A stretch of 32,478 bases of DNA from assembly GCA_041492115.1 (NCBI GenBank), contig JBGPWJ010000002.1, forward strand, positions 1 through 32,478, given 5' to 3'. The position numbers and the translations under genes were made by a program. The notes under the pieces were generated by a model. It had not been told where the DNA came from. It ran no database searches and saw only the letters and a list, made by a program, of their open reading frames with translations. Source of the stretch: Gammaproteobacteria bacterium. GTDB taxonomy: Bacteria; Pseudomonadota; Gammaproteobacteria; JBBQDK01. Below are positions 16,549 through 26,320 of the stretch, piece after piece; within the stretch, counting starts at the first letter, position 1; every line of letters starts with the position of its first letter.

Positions 16549-16639
16549 ACACTGTGTCGTGTTAAGGCAGCGCGCTGCGCGGGGATGATATTTCCACAGG
16601 CCACCGTGACAGCCGCCTTCCCTGGCCTTATCATGCGGC

Positions 16640-18139
16640 ATGCCTGTGAATCCTTCCGCCAATCTCATCGCCGCTGTCGATCTCGGTTCGAACAGCTTCC
16701 ACATGATCGTGGCACGGGTCAGCAATGGTCAGCTGCACATCATCGATCGACTGCGCGAGACCGTGCGGCTTGGATCCGGCCTGGACAAGCGCCACCAGCT
16801 CAGTGTGGCGGCGCAAAACCGCGCACTGGCCTGTCTGCGCCGCTTCGGTCAGCGGCTGCGCGCCATGACGCCCGGCAATGTGCGCTGCGTCGGCACCAAT
16901 GCCTTGCGCCAAGCGCGCAATGCCGAGGACTTCCTGGCGCGCGCGCAGCGTGCGCTCGGTCAGCCCATCGAGGTGATCGCCGGCCGCGAAGAAGCGCGCC
17001 TGATTTATCTAGGCGTGGCGCACAGCGGTCCGGAGACGCGCGGCAAACGTCTGGTGCTGGATATCGGCGGCGGCAGCACCGAGCTGATCGTTGGCAAAGG
17101 TTTCGAATCGCTGCACCGCGAGAGTCTGTACATGGGTTGCGTGAGCATGAGTGGCGCGCACTTCGCCAACGGTGTGATCAAGCGCGCCACGTTCGCGGCC
17201 GCCGAACTCGCGGCGCATCAGGAATTGCAGCCGGTGCAGGAAAATCTGCTGAATGCCGGCTGGAAGACCGCCATCGGCGCTTCCGGCACACTACTCGCCG
17301 TACGCGATGTGCTGCGCGCGCAGGGTTGGAGCGCGGCCGGTATCACGCTGCGCGGTCTGAAGCGACTGCGCAAGGCACTGCTCGATGCCGGCCATATCGA
17401 CAAGCTCAAGCTCAGCGGACTCAGCGCCGACCGCGCGCCGGTGTTCCCCGGCGGCGTGGCGATCCTGATCGCCATCTTCGAAGCCTTCGGGCTGAAGAAA
17501 GTCGCGGTCTCCGAGGGCGCGCTGCGCGAAGGTCTGCTCTATGACCTGCTCGGCCGCATCCGCCGCGAAGACGTGCGCGAGCGCACCATCCAGGCCTTAT
17601 GCACACGCTATCAGGTGGACCCGACGCATGCCGAGCGGGTGCGCAAGACCGCGCTCAGTGCGCTCGATGCCGTGTTGAAAGCCTGGGGACTGAAATCCGA
17701 TGAGCAGCGCAATCGTCTGGGCTGGGCCGCGCGTCTGCACGAGATCGGTCTGTCGCTGGCGCACACGCGCTTTCACAAGACTGGCGCCTATCTGATCGCC
17801 AACTCCGATCTACCGGGTTTCTCATTGCAGGAACAGAAACTGCTTGCGATGCTGGTGCGCGGACATCGGCGCAAGTATCCCAGCGCTGCCTTGCAGGTGC
17901 TGCCGCGCGCTTCGCAGCGCGCGGTGAAATATCTCTGCGTGCTGCTGCGACTGGCCGTGCTGCTGCACCGCGCCCGCGCCAACCAGGCGCCACCGCGCTT
18001 GAAGATCGCCGCCGGCACCAATCAGTTGCGCCTGCGCTTTCCCGTCAACTGGCTGGAGCGCCACCCGCTCACCGCCGCCGACCTCGTCCAGGAAGCCGCG
18101 TATCTCAAGGCGGCGAAGATCAAGCTCAAGTTTGCCTGA
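16640..18139 (+). CDS. ppx: Exopolyphosphatase / guanosine pentaphosphate phosphohydrolase (Ppx/GppA family)
   Basis: A 499-aa ORF. The N-terminal AAVDLGSNSFHM, then DIGGGSTE and an HD-like C-terminal domain, are typical of Ppx/GppA. Confidence 0.9.
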   Translation: MPVNPSANLIAAVDLGSNSFHMIVARVSNGQLHIIDRLRETVRLGSGLDKRHQLSVAAQNRALACLRRFGQRLRAMTPGNVRCVGTNALRQARNAEDFLARAQRALGQPIEVIAGREEARLIYLGVAHSGPETRGKRLVLDIGGGSTELIVGKGFESLHRESLYMGCVSMSGAHFANGVIKRATFAAAELAAHQELQPVQENLLNAGWKTAIGASGTLLAVRDVLRAQGWSAAGITLRGLKRLRKALLDAGHIDKLKLSGLSADRAPVFPGGVAILIAIFEAFGLKKVAVSEGALREGLLYDLLGRIRREDVRERTIQALCTRYQVDPTHAERVRKTALSALDAVLKAWGLKSDEQRNRLGWAARLHEIGLSLAHTRFHKTGAYLIANSDLPGFSLQEQKLLAMLVRGHRRKYPSAALQVLPRASQRAVKYLCVLLRLAVLLHRARANQAPPRLKIAAGTNQLRLRFPVNWLERHPLTAADLVQEAAYLKAAKIKLKFA

Positions 18140-18172
18140 GAACTGACAGCGCCTTGGTGATTTTCTCAGCGG

Positions 18173-18889
18173 CTACTTCGTGAGCAACGGCTTCTGCGGA
18201 GTAGCCTCGAGGTATTTCAGTATCGCCGCTTCCACCGTGGCGTAATCCTGGTTGAAGTGATGGCCGCCGGGCATGCGCAGCGTGCGCACGTTGCTTCCCT
18301 TGAGTACCGGGCAGAGCGCCTCGGCTTCCTGCTCGGCGCCGTAGACGCACAGTAACGGCAGGCGGATGCGCGCCGCTTCGCTGGTCACATCCAATGCGCC
18401 GGGGCGGTGGACTTCGGTGAACCAGTCGTTGACCTTGATCTCGACGTTGGCGTATTTCGCGGGCGCCAGCAGCGCCACCAGTGTCACGCGTGCTTGCAGA
18501 TCGGGTGGCAGGCGGTTGATGAGAAACGGCAGCCAGGACGCGCCGAACGAGTAGCCGACCAGCAGCAGCCGGTGCTTTTGCCATGCACTCAGATAGTGGC
18601 GCAGCACCTCGTTGACATCGCGCGACACTTCATCGGGTTGACGAATCTGCCAGAAGTACTTCAAGCAGTCGAAACCGAGTGTGGAGATGCCTTTCTTCTG
18701 GAAGGCGTTGCCAAAGTCGCGGTCAAGATCGGCCCAGCCGCCGTCGCCGGAGAGAATGATCGCGAGCACGTCGTTGCCGGCATCAACGGCGCGCAATTCG
18801 ACCACAGGCGTATCGTGATGAGCGGCCGTTGCCGGCGGGGCAGCGGGACAGATTGGCGTCAACAGCGCGCCGATCAGTGTCATGAGCAT
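18173..18889 (-). CDS. VirJ/AcvB-type alpha/beta hydrolase (exported)
   Basis: AIILSGDGGWADLD, CLKYFW and the GYSFGA nucleophile elbow match the VirJ family. I prefer the start at MLMTLIGALLTPICPAAP (18889), which gives a signal peptide. The 19102 start adds an implausible 71-aa extension. Confidence 0.65.
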   Translation of the reverse strand: MLMTLIGALLTPICPAAPPATAAHHDTPVVELRAVDAGNDVLAIILSGDGGWADLDRDFGNAFQKKGISTLGFDCLKYFWQIRQPDEVSRDVNEVLRHYLSAWQKHRLLLVGYSFGASWLPFLINRLPPDLQARVTLVALLAPAKYANVEIKVNDWFTEVHRPGALDVTSEAARIRLPLLCVYGAEQEAEALCPVLKGSNVRTLRMPGGHHFNQDYATVEAAILKYLEATPQKPLLTK

Positions 18890-19140
18890 GGAGAAGATCG
18901 GTTGCGTCTTCACTTGCCAGGCCCGCGTGGCGGGGTGGGGCGCCAGACGGTTGCGCTGCGGACGGCGACAAGGGAGCAGGGGATTCTGGCAAATGATGAG
19001 CATGGCGCTGATTATAATGTGGGATGTGTGGGGGAGTGAATTAATTACCAATTGTCGTGAAACCCGCCGCGCTGCGGTTGATCTGTTCTTGTCGTAGGGC
19101 ATATGCTAGGCGCCTGCTCAATCAGCTGTGAGGATGTGCC

Positions 19141-19392
19141 ATGCCCTATACGCCGGAACTTATTGATGAACTGAAGATGCTGAGTCACTACAACCTGGCC
19201 AATATCGATGAGGGCTTGAAGGCCCATCACACGGCGAATTCCGCCATGATCGCCGCGATGCGACGCTTGTATGACAAAGGTCTGGTGACTCACGAAGATG
19301 GCGGCTATCTCACCGACCTGGGCCGCGAGGCGGCCGAACATGCGCAGGCCGCCTTGACCATCCTCACCTCCGAACGCGCGCTTGCACAATAG
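19141..19392 (+). CDS. Small conserved hypothetical protein (possibly TIGR02647-like; family name recalled with low certainty)
   Basis: An 83-aa ORF with GAGGA upstream of the ATG and GC-typical codon usage. Confidence 0.55.
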   Translation: MPYTPELIDELKMLSHYNLANIDEGLKAHHTANSAMIAAMRRLYDKGLVTHEDGGYLTDLGREAAEHAQAALTILTSERALAQ

Positions 19393-19437
19393 CAACACAC
19401 CGTGCCATTCGTTTATCCGTAAAGTCATGGAGACTGC

Positions 19438-20352
19438 ATGAAAGCCAATAATATCCTGGAGACGATAGGCAACACCCCGCACGTCCGCATCAACCGCCTG
19501 TTCCCGGCCGCTGTTCAGGTCTGGATGAAATTGGAGCGGGCCAATCCCGGCTGTAGCATCAAGGACCGTATCGGTCTGGCGATGATCGTCGATGCGGAGC
19601 AGCAGGGCCTGATCAACAAGGACACCGTCATTATCGAGCCGACCTCCGGCAACACCGGCATCGGCCTGGCGATGGTGGCCGCGACCCGCGGTTACCGCCT
19701 GATTCTCACCATGCCGGAATCCATGTCGCTGGAGCGGCGCCGTTATCTCGCCGCGCTGGGCGCCGAGCTGGTGTTGACGCCGCGTGAGAAGGGCATGGGC
19801 GGTGCCATGGAGCGGGCCAAGGAGTTGCTGGTCGAGCACAAGAACAGCTGGATGCCGGCGCAGTTCAGCAATCCGGCGAATGTCGCCATACACCGCGACA
19901 CCACCGCGCGTGAAATCATCGCGGACTTTCCGGAAGGCCTCGATTATCTCATCACCGGTGTCGGTACCGGCGGTCATATCACTGGTTGCGCCGAGGCCTT
20001 GAAAAAAGTGTTTCCCAAGTTGCAGGTGTTTGCTGTCGAACCGGCCGGTTCACCGGTGTTGAGCGGCGGCGTGAAGGGCCTGCATCCGCTGCAAGGCATA
20101 GGCGCGGGTTTTGTGCCCGAGATTCTCAGGATGGATCTGCTCGATGGGGTGATCAAAGTCGAACACAAGGACGCTTTCGATTTCGCCAAGCGCTGCGTGC
20201 GCGAGGAGGGCATCTTCATCGGCATCTCATCGGGCGCTTCCCTGGCGGCGGTCAACACAAAAATAAATGAGATACCCGCGGGCAGCCGCGTGCTGACCTT
20301 CTGTTACGACAGCGGCGAGCGTTATCTGTCGGTGGATGGACTGTTCCTCTAG
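19438..20352 (+). CDS. cysK: Cysteine synthase A (O-acetylserine sulfhydrylase)
   Basis: A 304-aa ORF with the PLP-lysine motif (NPGCSIKDR), the [10 protein letters not shown] loop and GTGGHITG. Confidence 0.92.
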   Translation: MKANNILETIGNTPHVRINRLFPAAVQVWMKLERANPGCSIKDRIGLAMIVDAEQQGLINKDTVIIEPTSGNTGIGLAMVAATRGYRLILTMPESMSLERRRYLAALGAELVLTPREKGMGGAMERAKELLVEHKNSWMPAQFSNPANVAIHRDTTAREIIADFPEGLDYLITGVGTGGHITGCAEALKKVFPKLQVFAVEPAGSPVLSGGVKGLHPLQGIGAGFVPEILRMDLLDGVIKVEHKDAFDFAKRCVREEGIFIGISSGASLAAVNTKINEIPAGSRVLTFCYDSGERYLSVDGLFL

Positions 20353-20481
20353 AACTATCAGTTGATCGTATAAATACAAACGCCATCTTGGATTCATAGG
20401 CGATTGTTGCCAGGCGGACAGTCCAGGCAGTTGGACTATTTCTCGAACGGCTACATTCGTCCCGGAAGAGGCCGTTGAAGC

Positions 20482-20528
20482 CTGGGTTGAACGAAGCGAA
20501 ACCCGGGTTTCGCTGTTGCTCAACCCAG
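20482..20528. repeat. 47-nt imperfect palindrome between the convergent cysK and ATPase genes (terminator-like)
   Basis: CTGGGTTGAACGAAGCGAAACCC (20482-20504) faces GGGTTTCGCTGTTGCTCAACCCAG (20505-20528). Each arm can also fold on itself (GGGTT...AACCC). Confidence 0.6.
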
Positions 20529-20636
20529 ACCACGGCTGCTCAGATGCGCACGTGCCGAATGACAAACTTCGACCCTGAGCCGCCCTTCTATTTTCCTGAA
20601 AGGAGACGTTCGCCAAGATAGAAGCGCATGATTTTC

Positions 20637-23180
20637 TCAGTGACGCCGTATAACTTTGTAAAACTCGAACCACATCACGCTGCCCAGTCCGGCGACAAAA
20701 CTAAGCACGAGTTGGTAAGGTGATACACGGGCAAAGTGGAACACCTCGCGCAGGAAGGGCAGAGTCAGCGCCAGTATGAGGAAACTGCATGCACCGCCTG
20801 TTACCCACCACAACGCTGGGTTGTGGTTGTTAAATGTTTGCAGGATGGTGTGTTGTAAGGAGCGGTTAGTCAGGATCAGACCGAGGTTGCCGATGACCAG
20901 CGTGGAGAAAGTCAGTGCGCGCGCTTCTGTTTCCGATGAGCCATGGCTCAGTGTGAAGCCCAGCACCGTGAGCGTGGCGAGCAGCACGAATACGCCTTGC
21001 AGCAGGCTGAGCTGGAAAATGTGTTTTCCGAACAGCGGTTCCTGCCGACCGCGCGGCGGGCGATGCATGACACCGCGTTCTGCCGGTTCAGCCTCGAAGG
21101 CGATGGAGCAAGCGGGGTTGATAATCATTTCTAGAAACACGATGTGTACCGGGGCGAACACAGGCGGCCAGCCGAGCAGCAACGGGATCAGCGCCAATCC
21201 GGCGATGGGGATGTGCACCGCGAAAATGTAGGCCATCGCCTTGCGCAGGTTGTCGAAGATGCCGCGCCCGATGCGCACGGTGCGCACGATGGAGGCGAAG
21301 TCGTCATCCAGCAGTACCAGCGCCGCCGCCTCGCGCGCCACGTCGGTACCGCGTGCGCCCATGGCGATGCCAATATGTGCGGCTTTCAGTGCGGGAGCGT
21401 CGTTTACCCCGTCACCGGTCATCGCCACCACTTCGCCATTGTCTTTGAGCGCGATAACCAGCCGCAGTTTCTGTTCCGGTACCATGCGCGCGAAAATGTT
21501 GCTGTGGCGGATGCGCTCGTGAAGCGTCACATCGTCCATCTGACTGAGTTCTGAGCCGCTGATGACGCCGCCGCTCCCTGCATTCAGCCCGATCTGTTCC
21601 GAAATCGCCACAGCAGTAGCGGGATAATCGCCGGTAATCATCACCACGCGGATGCCTGCTGTGGCGCATTCCTTAAGCGCCGGAATGACCGTTGGGCGCA
21701 CCGGGTCAGCCAAGCCGATCAGGCCGAGAAATTCGAAATCGAAATCATGCTGGATGTCAGGCCATACACTGCCGCGATAGCTGGCTTTGGCCACCCCCAG
21801 CACGCGCATGCCTTGCGTGGCGAGGGAGTCGACCTGAACGGCCAGCGCCGCCAGTTGTGCCTCATTCAGATGACACAGGTCGGCCACTGCCTCCGGTGCG
21901 CCTTTGGCCGCCACCACGTATTTATCGCGATCACGCGCCTTCCACACATGTGACAGCGCGAGCAGTTTCGGGGACAGCGAATATTCATGTGCCAATATCC
22001 AGTCGCGGTGCAGGTGTTCGGTGTCTGCAAGGTAATGCGCGCCGAGTACGTGGATCGCTTTTTCCATCGGGTCGAATGGTTCGATCTCGCTGGACAGGAT
22101 GCCGAACTCGACGAGTTCGTGGAATGCTTCTGGCAGCGGCGCAGGTGATGCATCTACCATGAATGAAACACTAGTCGCGATCAACTGCTGTACCACCATG
22201 CGGTTTTGCGTGAGCGTGCCGGTCTTGTCCACGCACAGCACCGTGGCCGAGCCCAGCGCTTCCACCGTGGGCACGCGGCGTGTTAGCACCCGATGCTTGG
22301 AAATGCGCCATGCACCCATCGCCATGAATATGGCCAGCACTACCGGGTACTCTTCCGGCAGGATGGACATCGCCAACGTGATGCTTGACAGCAGCCCGTG
22401 CAGCCAATCGCCACGGGCGATGCCATAGATCACCAGCAGAAGCAGGCTTAACAGCACGCCGACAACAGCAAGCTTGCGCACCAGATTGCCGATTTCCTTT
22501 TGCAATGGTGTGGTTTCGGTTCTCTGTTCCTGCAAGACTTTGCCGACCTTGCCAATCTCGGTACGCGCTCCGGTTCCCAGCACCTGCGCCCTGCCGCGTC
22601 CTTGCACCACCAGTGTGCCGGAATAGACGAAGGGCAGATCGTCGCCGCCAGGCGGTTGCAACTCTTCGGCATCCACCTGTGCAACCTTGCGCACAGCCAC
22701 AGATTCACCGGTGAGAAGCGATTCATCTGCCGCAAAGTCGTTGCAGGTAATCAGTGTCGCGTCCGCCGGGACGCGGTCGCCTTCAGACAGGATCAGGATG
22801 TCGCCGCGCACTACCTCGCGCCCGGCAATGCGCCGTTCGACACCGTCGCGCAGTACCAGTGCACGAGGGCTGGTAAGATCGCGCAAGGCTTCGAGCACGC
22901 GCTCCGTCTTGTATTCCTGATAGATGGTGATGCCCATCACCATGAACACAAAGCCCAGCAGCACCAGTGCATCGCTGACATCACCCAGCAGCAGGTAGAT
23001 TGCGCCCGCCACCACTAGCAGCAGGAACATTGGCTCGCGCAGCACTTCCAGCGCGATTACCTGAATGTTGCGCTGACCTGCAGTAGGCAGTTCGTTCGCG
23101 CCCTCAGCTCGCAGCCGCGCCTGTGCTTCGGCTTTGGACAGGCCATGCATATCATCACGATCGGAAGTTGGTTGGCTCAC
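20637..23180 (-). CDS. Cation-transporting P-type ATPase (P2 type, Ca2+/Mg2+-like)
   Basis: Has the TGES motif (LTGESVAV), the phosphorylation site DKTGTLT, TGDGVNDAPALK, the PEEYP TM4 motif and about 10 TM helices. Start is uncertain: the GTG at 23180 has AGGAAAGG 8 nt upstream. Alternatives are the TTG at 23213 (ORF track) or the ATG at 23150. Confidence 0.9.
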   Translation of the reverse strand: MSQPTSDRDDMHGLSKAEAQARLRAEGANELPTAGQRNIQVIALEVLREPMFLLLVVAGAIYLLLGDVSDALVLLGFVFMVMGITIYQEYKTERVLEALRDLTSPRALVLRDGVERRIAGREVVRGDILILSEGDRVPADATLITCNDFAADESLLTGESVAVRKVAQVDAEELQPPGGDDLPFVYSGTLVVQGRGRAQVLGTGARTEIGKVGKVLQEQRTETTPLQKEIGNLVRKLAVVGVLLSLLLLVIYGIARGDWLHGLLSSITLAMSILPEEYPVVLAIFMAMGAWRISKHRVLTRRVPTVEALGSATVLCVDKTGTLTQNRMVVQQLIATSVSFMVDASPAPLPEAFHELVEFGILSSEIEPFDPMEKAIHVLGAHYLADTEHLHRDWILAHEYSLSPKLLALSHVWKARDRDKYVVAAKGAPEAVADLCHLNEAQLAALAVQVDSLATQGMRVLGVAKASYRGSVWPDIQHDFDFEFLGLIGLADPVRPTVIPALKECATAGIRVVMITGDYPATAVAISEQIGLNAGSGGVISGSELSQMDDVTLHERIRHSNIFARMVPEQKLRLVIALKDNGEVVAMTGDGVNDAPALKAAHIGIAMGARGTDVAREAAALVLLDDDFASIVRTVRIGRGIFDNLRKAMAYIFAVHIPIAGLALIPLLLGWPPVFAPVHIVFLEMIINPACSIAFEAEPAERGVMHRPPRGRQEPLFGKHIFQLSLLQGVFVLLATLTVLGFTLSHGSSETEARALTFSTLVIGNLGLILTNRSLQHTILQTFNNHNPALWWVTGGACSFLILALTLPFLREVFHFARVSPYQLVLSFVAGLGSVMWFEFYKVIRRH

Positions 23181-23422
23181 ATATACAGCCTTTCCTTTAC
23201 GGATGGCGCGCAATCAGATTACAGCAGCGCAACTATACTTCAAAAGGAATTTAGTGATTCAACCATTCTGTAATAGGGCTGCCAATTGAATGGCGGCTAT
23301 TGGCCTTGGGTTGTCTGTCAGATCCCCAGTTCGAGCACGCCATCAATGACCGAAGTTGAATGGGAAGCCGACACAGCGTATGCAGGCACTTCTGTCTCAA
23401 CCAGACCCAGGCTAATGGAATG

Positions 23423-23480
23423 GACCCGGAGCCGTCACTCGCGACGAGGCACTGAATTTCCAGAAAGCGGTCATTGACGG
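23423..23480 (+). repeat. Dispersed short repeat, copy A
   Basis: GACCCGGAGCCGTCACTCGCGACGAGGCACTGAATTTCCAGAAAGCGGTCATTGACGG aligns with 26262-26320 at about 45 of 58 positions by hand. Weaker similarity extends upstream to about 23286. Confidence 0.55.
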
Positions 23481-23727
23481 ATTTATGGATACTGGCAATT
23501 CAACAAGGAATGCGACCATGAGGTCATTAGGACCGCGAGTATGTGGTGATTACACTTATCCCGCTGTTCAGATTTCCGGGGCCGGCTCTTCGCAGCTTGG
23601 CTCGATCGTCTTCAGAAAAACCTTTAACCATTCTGTATTTAGTTCCTATTGATTATTGTCAATGAATCATTAGGCGCGCTATGGCATATGTACGCATACC
23701 TTTTTCAGGCATGCAGCATTGTTCAGG

Positions 23728-23847
23728 TCAACATCCAACATTGAGGATCTGTTAGATAACCACCGGATTATCAATGCAGGCTATCTCCTTCATCACAACG
23801 CCGCAGTGACTGCACGTTTCAATGTCGAGATTTTAGCCAAGGAGGTG
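23728..23847 (-). pseudogene. Remnant of the C-terminal end of an IS91-family-like transposase (two in-frame stops)
   Basis: The minus-strand frame reads HLLG*NLDIETCSHCGVVMKEIACIDNPVVI*QILNVGC*. This resembles the conserved tail ..LLKRVF.ID...CP.CGG..K.IA.I..P.VI.KIL.HLGL that I recall from IS91-type transposases. No upstream transposase body remains. Confidence 0.45.
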
Positions 23848-24027
23848 ATTCTTTCACGATTATCCTTTGCTTGAAACCGATAATTATCATGCGTCGCCGT
23901 TCTCAAGGATAGATGAGACGACAGCAAGGAAATATCTCGTCGTGAAGTTATTTGTAACCTTTCTTCGTTGCCTCGTCTAAATATAAATTGCAGTAATAAT
24001 TAGTTTTACTTATGGAGTACACATACC

Positions 24028-25764
24028 ATGCGCAGGAACACGTATCTCAAGGCAATGCTGGCTCTCACTCTTTTAATCGGCTCACTGTCGCTTCTTTCTG
24101 GTTGCGGAGGCGGCGCCGGTGGCAGTGCGACAACTCCTGCTACAAGTGGCGGAATGATCAGCGGTACGGCGGTCAAGGGACCGGTTAGTGGAGGGACGGT
24201 AACGGTATTTGCCGTCACTAACGGGACCATAGGCACCCAACTGGCTAGCGGAACGACGGACTCACAGGGCAATTTTCATATTTCGATCGGCACCTATTCA
24301 GGTCCGGTAATGCTGCAATTGAGTGGCGGAACGTTCATGGATGAAGCAACCGGTGCAACAAAAACCCTGTCTCCCGGCGATGTGATGACTGCGGTCACGC
24401 CCCCGGTCACGAGCGGCGCAACCGTAACCAACATTCAGGTAACACCGCTCACCTCCATGGCCCAAGCCATGGCTAGCAACATGGCGGGTGGCATGACCGG
24501 AACGAACATCGCTGCGGCGAACACGTCCGTGGGCAATTACTTTATGGTGAACGACATCCTGCATACGCAGCCCATGAACCCGCTGACATCCGGTTCGAGC
24601 GGCACGGCAACCCAGGATATGGAAAACTACGGGATGGCCATAGCGGCCATGTCTCAGTCGGCAAAGGACATGGGAATGACCTCCTCGTCCAGCATGGTCA
24701 CCGCCATGATGAACGACGCATCGGACGGCGTCATGAACGGCATGATGGGAAATTCGCCGGTCGTGATGGGCGGGATGATGGCCGGCAGTTCCATGATGAC
24801 CACAACGGCGGGAACGAGTGGACTTGCGATGGAAATGGCGACCTTCATCTCGTCCCCCATGAATAAATCAGGGGTGACCGCGCAGGACATGCAGGCACTC
24901 ATGAGCCAGTTGACTGCCTCGTCGACTGGTACCATTCAGAATGGAGGAGGAACACCGGTAAACGGGATGGTCAGTGGTTCGGTATTCAACGGAACGATGA
25001 ACAACACGACGGTCATGGCCTACGCGGTGACTGGCGGAACGATGGGTGCGCAGCTGGCCAGCGGACCCACGAACAGTGTGGGCAGCTTCAGCCTGTCCCT
25101 CGGTGCCTATTCCGGTCCTGTCATGCTCAAGATGCTCGGCGGTTCGTATGATGACTTGGCAACCAGCACGACCATGACCATGTTAACAGGCGATGTTATG
25201 ACCGCCGTCGTTCCGAGCATTGCGAACGGAGCCACGGTAACGGGCATTGAGATGACACCCCTTACGTCCATGGCCCAGGCACGGGCCCAGGTAATGACGG
25301 GCGGCATGACAGATGCCAACATCACAGCAGCCAACACGGCGGTGGGTAATTACTTCATGGTCTCCGACATCCTCCATACAGCACCGATGAACGCGGCCGT
25401 ATCTGGATCCGGCAGCACTGCAACTACGAGCATGAAGAACTACGGCATAACGATTGCCGCCATGTCTCAGTACGCGCTTACCATCAGCATGACCGATCCG
25501 GCGGCGCTGATCACGGACATGATGCAGGATGCATCCGACGGTATCATGAACGGCAAGATGGGTGGCACGTCTATCACCATGGCCGGCATGGGCGGTGGAA
25601 TGATGGGCGGTGGCGGCACCATGATGCAGTCCACGGCTGGTACGAGCGGGCTGGCGACAGCGATGGCAACGTTTATGGGGTCAGCAATGAACAAATCAGG
25701 ACTTATGGCTACCGACATGCAATTGCTCATGAGCCAGTTGAGTTCATCCAACGGACCTATTTGA
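24028..25764 (+). CDS. Met-rich, internally duplicated lipoprotein of unknown function
   Basis: Has a signal peptide plus lipobox (SLSLLSG|C) and GGAG upstream of the ATG. It is 578 aa, of which I counted 67 Met. Two halves of about 260 aa align end to end. Confidence 0.8.
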   Translation: MRRNTYLKAMLALTLLIGSLSLLSGCGGGAGGSATTPATSGGMISGTAVKGPVSGGTVTVFAVTNGTIGTQLASGTTDSQGNFHISIGTYSGPVMLQLSGGTFMDEATGATKTLSPGDVMTAVTPPVTSGATVTNIQVTPLTSMAQAMASNMAGGMTGTNIAAANTSVGNYFMVNDILHTQPMNPLTSGSSGTATQDMENYGMAIAAMSQSAKDMGMTSSSSMVTAMMNDASDGVMNGMMGNSPVVMGGMMAGSSMMTTTAGTSGLAMEMATFISSPMNKSGVTAQDMQALMSQLTASSTGTIQNGGGTPVNGMVSGSVFNGTMNNTTVMAYAVTGGTMGAQLASGPTNSVGSFSLSLGAYSGPVMLKMLGGSYDDLATSTTMTMLTGDVMTAVVPSIANGATVTGIEMTPLTSMAQARAQVMTGGMTDANITAANTAVGNYFMVSDILHTAPMNAAVSGSGSTATTSMKNYGITIAAMSQYALTISMTDPAALITDMMQDASDGIMNGKMGGTSITMAGMGGGMMGGGGTMMQSTAGTSGLATAMATFMGSAMNKSGLMATDMQLLMSQLSSSNGPI

Positions 25765-26261
25765 TATAGAGAGAATCCAATTATTTCGACCATAGGGATC
25801 CCGGCCAATATGTTGCGGGAATGGGTATGAAGACGCCCACATTCACGTACATATCGATTAGACAACTGGTGGGGTGGCGGTGACTGTCGAGTGGCGCATA
25901 GCCAGCATTGGCGATAGTCCGGTGTAGTAAGGAGCCGAGAAGCCGCCCGCCAGTTTCACTAATTAGTCTCTCGACGTAAAAATTCAGTAACCGTCGGGCG
26001 GCGCGCCCAGGTCTCCGGCTAGGGAGTAATTTTGACCCTTTGAAGTTCCGCTATCATAATCATTAAGATAGAATTTCATCATAGCCTCTATACACATGGG
26101 TTTCTTGAATAACTTGTTAGGTTATCGCTCATTGGTTTAGTCTTGCGCGGCGGCATGTGCCAACGGGCAGAGTGCGGCGCCAGACTGCACAAGAACTTGT
26201 TAATGGCCATTCTGGAGTGAAGAGCCGACAAATTTCACACCCACATCCATCAGGCGGTACC

Positions 26262-26320
26262 GACCCGAAGCGGCCAGTCGCGACGGGGTGCAGAATTTCC
26301 GAAACCGGTCATCATAAGGT
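26262..26320 (+). repeat. Dispersed short repeat, copy B
   Basis: See copy A. It shares TCGCGA, then 20-23 nt, then CGGTCAT with copies A and D. Confidence 0.55.

Noticed and set aside
16576-16589. GC palindrome GCAGCGCGCTGC after the putative outer-membrane barrel gene, considered as a terminator.
   Set aside because: The stem is too short and has almost no loop, and no U-tract follows.
15718-16725. Long ORFs antisense to, or out of frame with, confidently called genes. Examples are 15718-16725, 19045-19977, 10412-11407, 16585-17544, 11116-11841, 13073-13675, 14441-15304 and 8250-8825.
   Set aside because: They are typical stop-codon-poor frames of high-GC DNA. Their translations are Arg/Ala/Gly/Pro-rich with no motifs, and each lies opposite or overlapping a gene with clear family signatures.
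23650-23669. AT-rich imperfect palindrome TGATTATTGTCAATGAATCA, considered as a Fur box or other operator upstream of the Met-rich lipoprotein gene.
   Set aside because: It is self-complementary at only 17 of 20 positions. It aligns poorly with the 19-bp Fur consensus as I recall it, and it lies about 360 bp upstream of the start codon.
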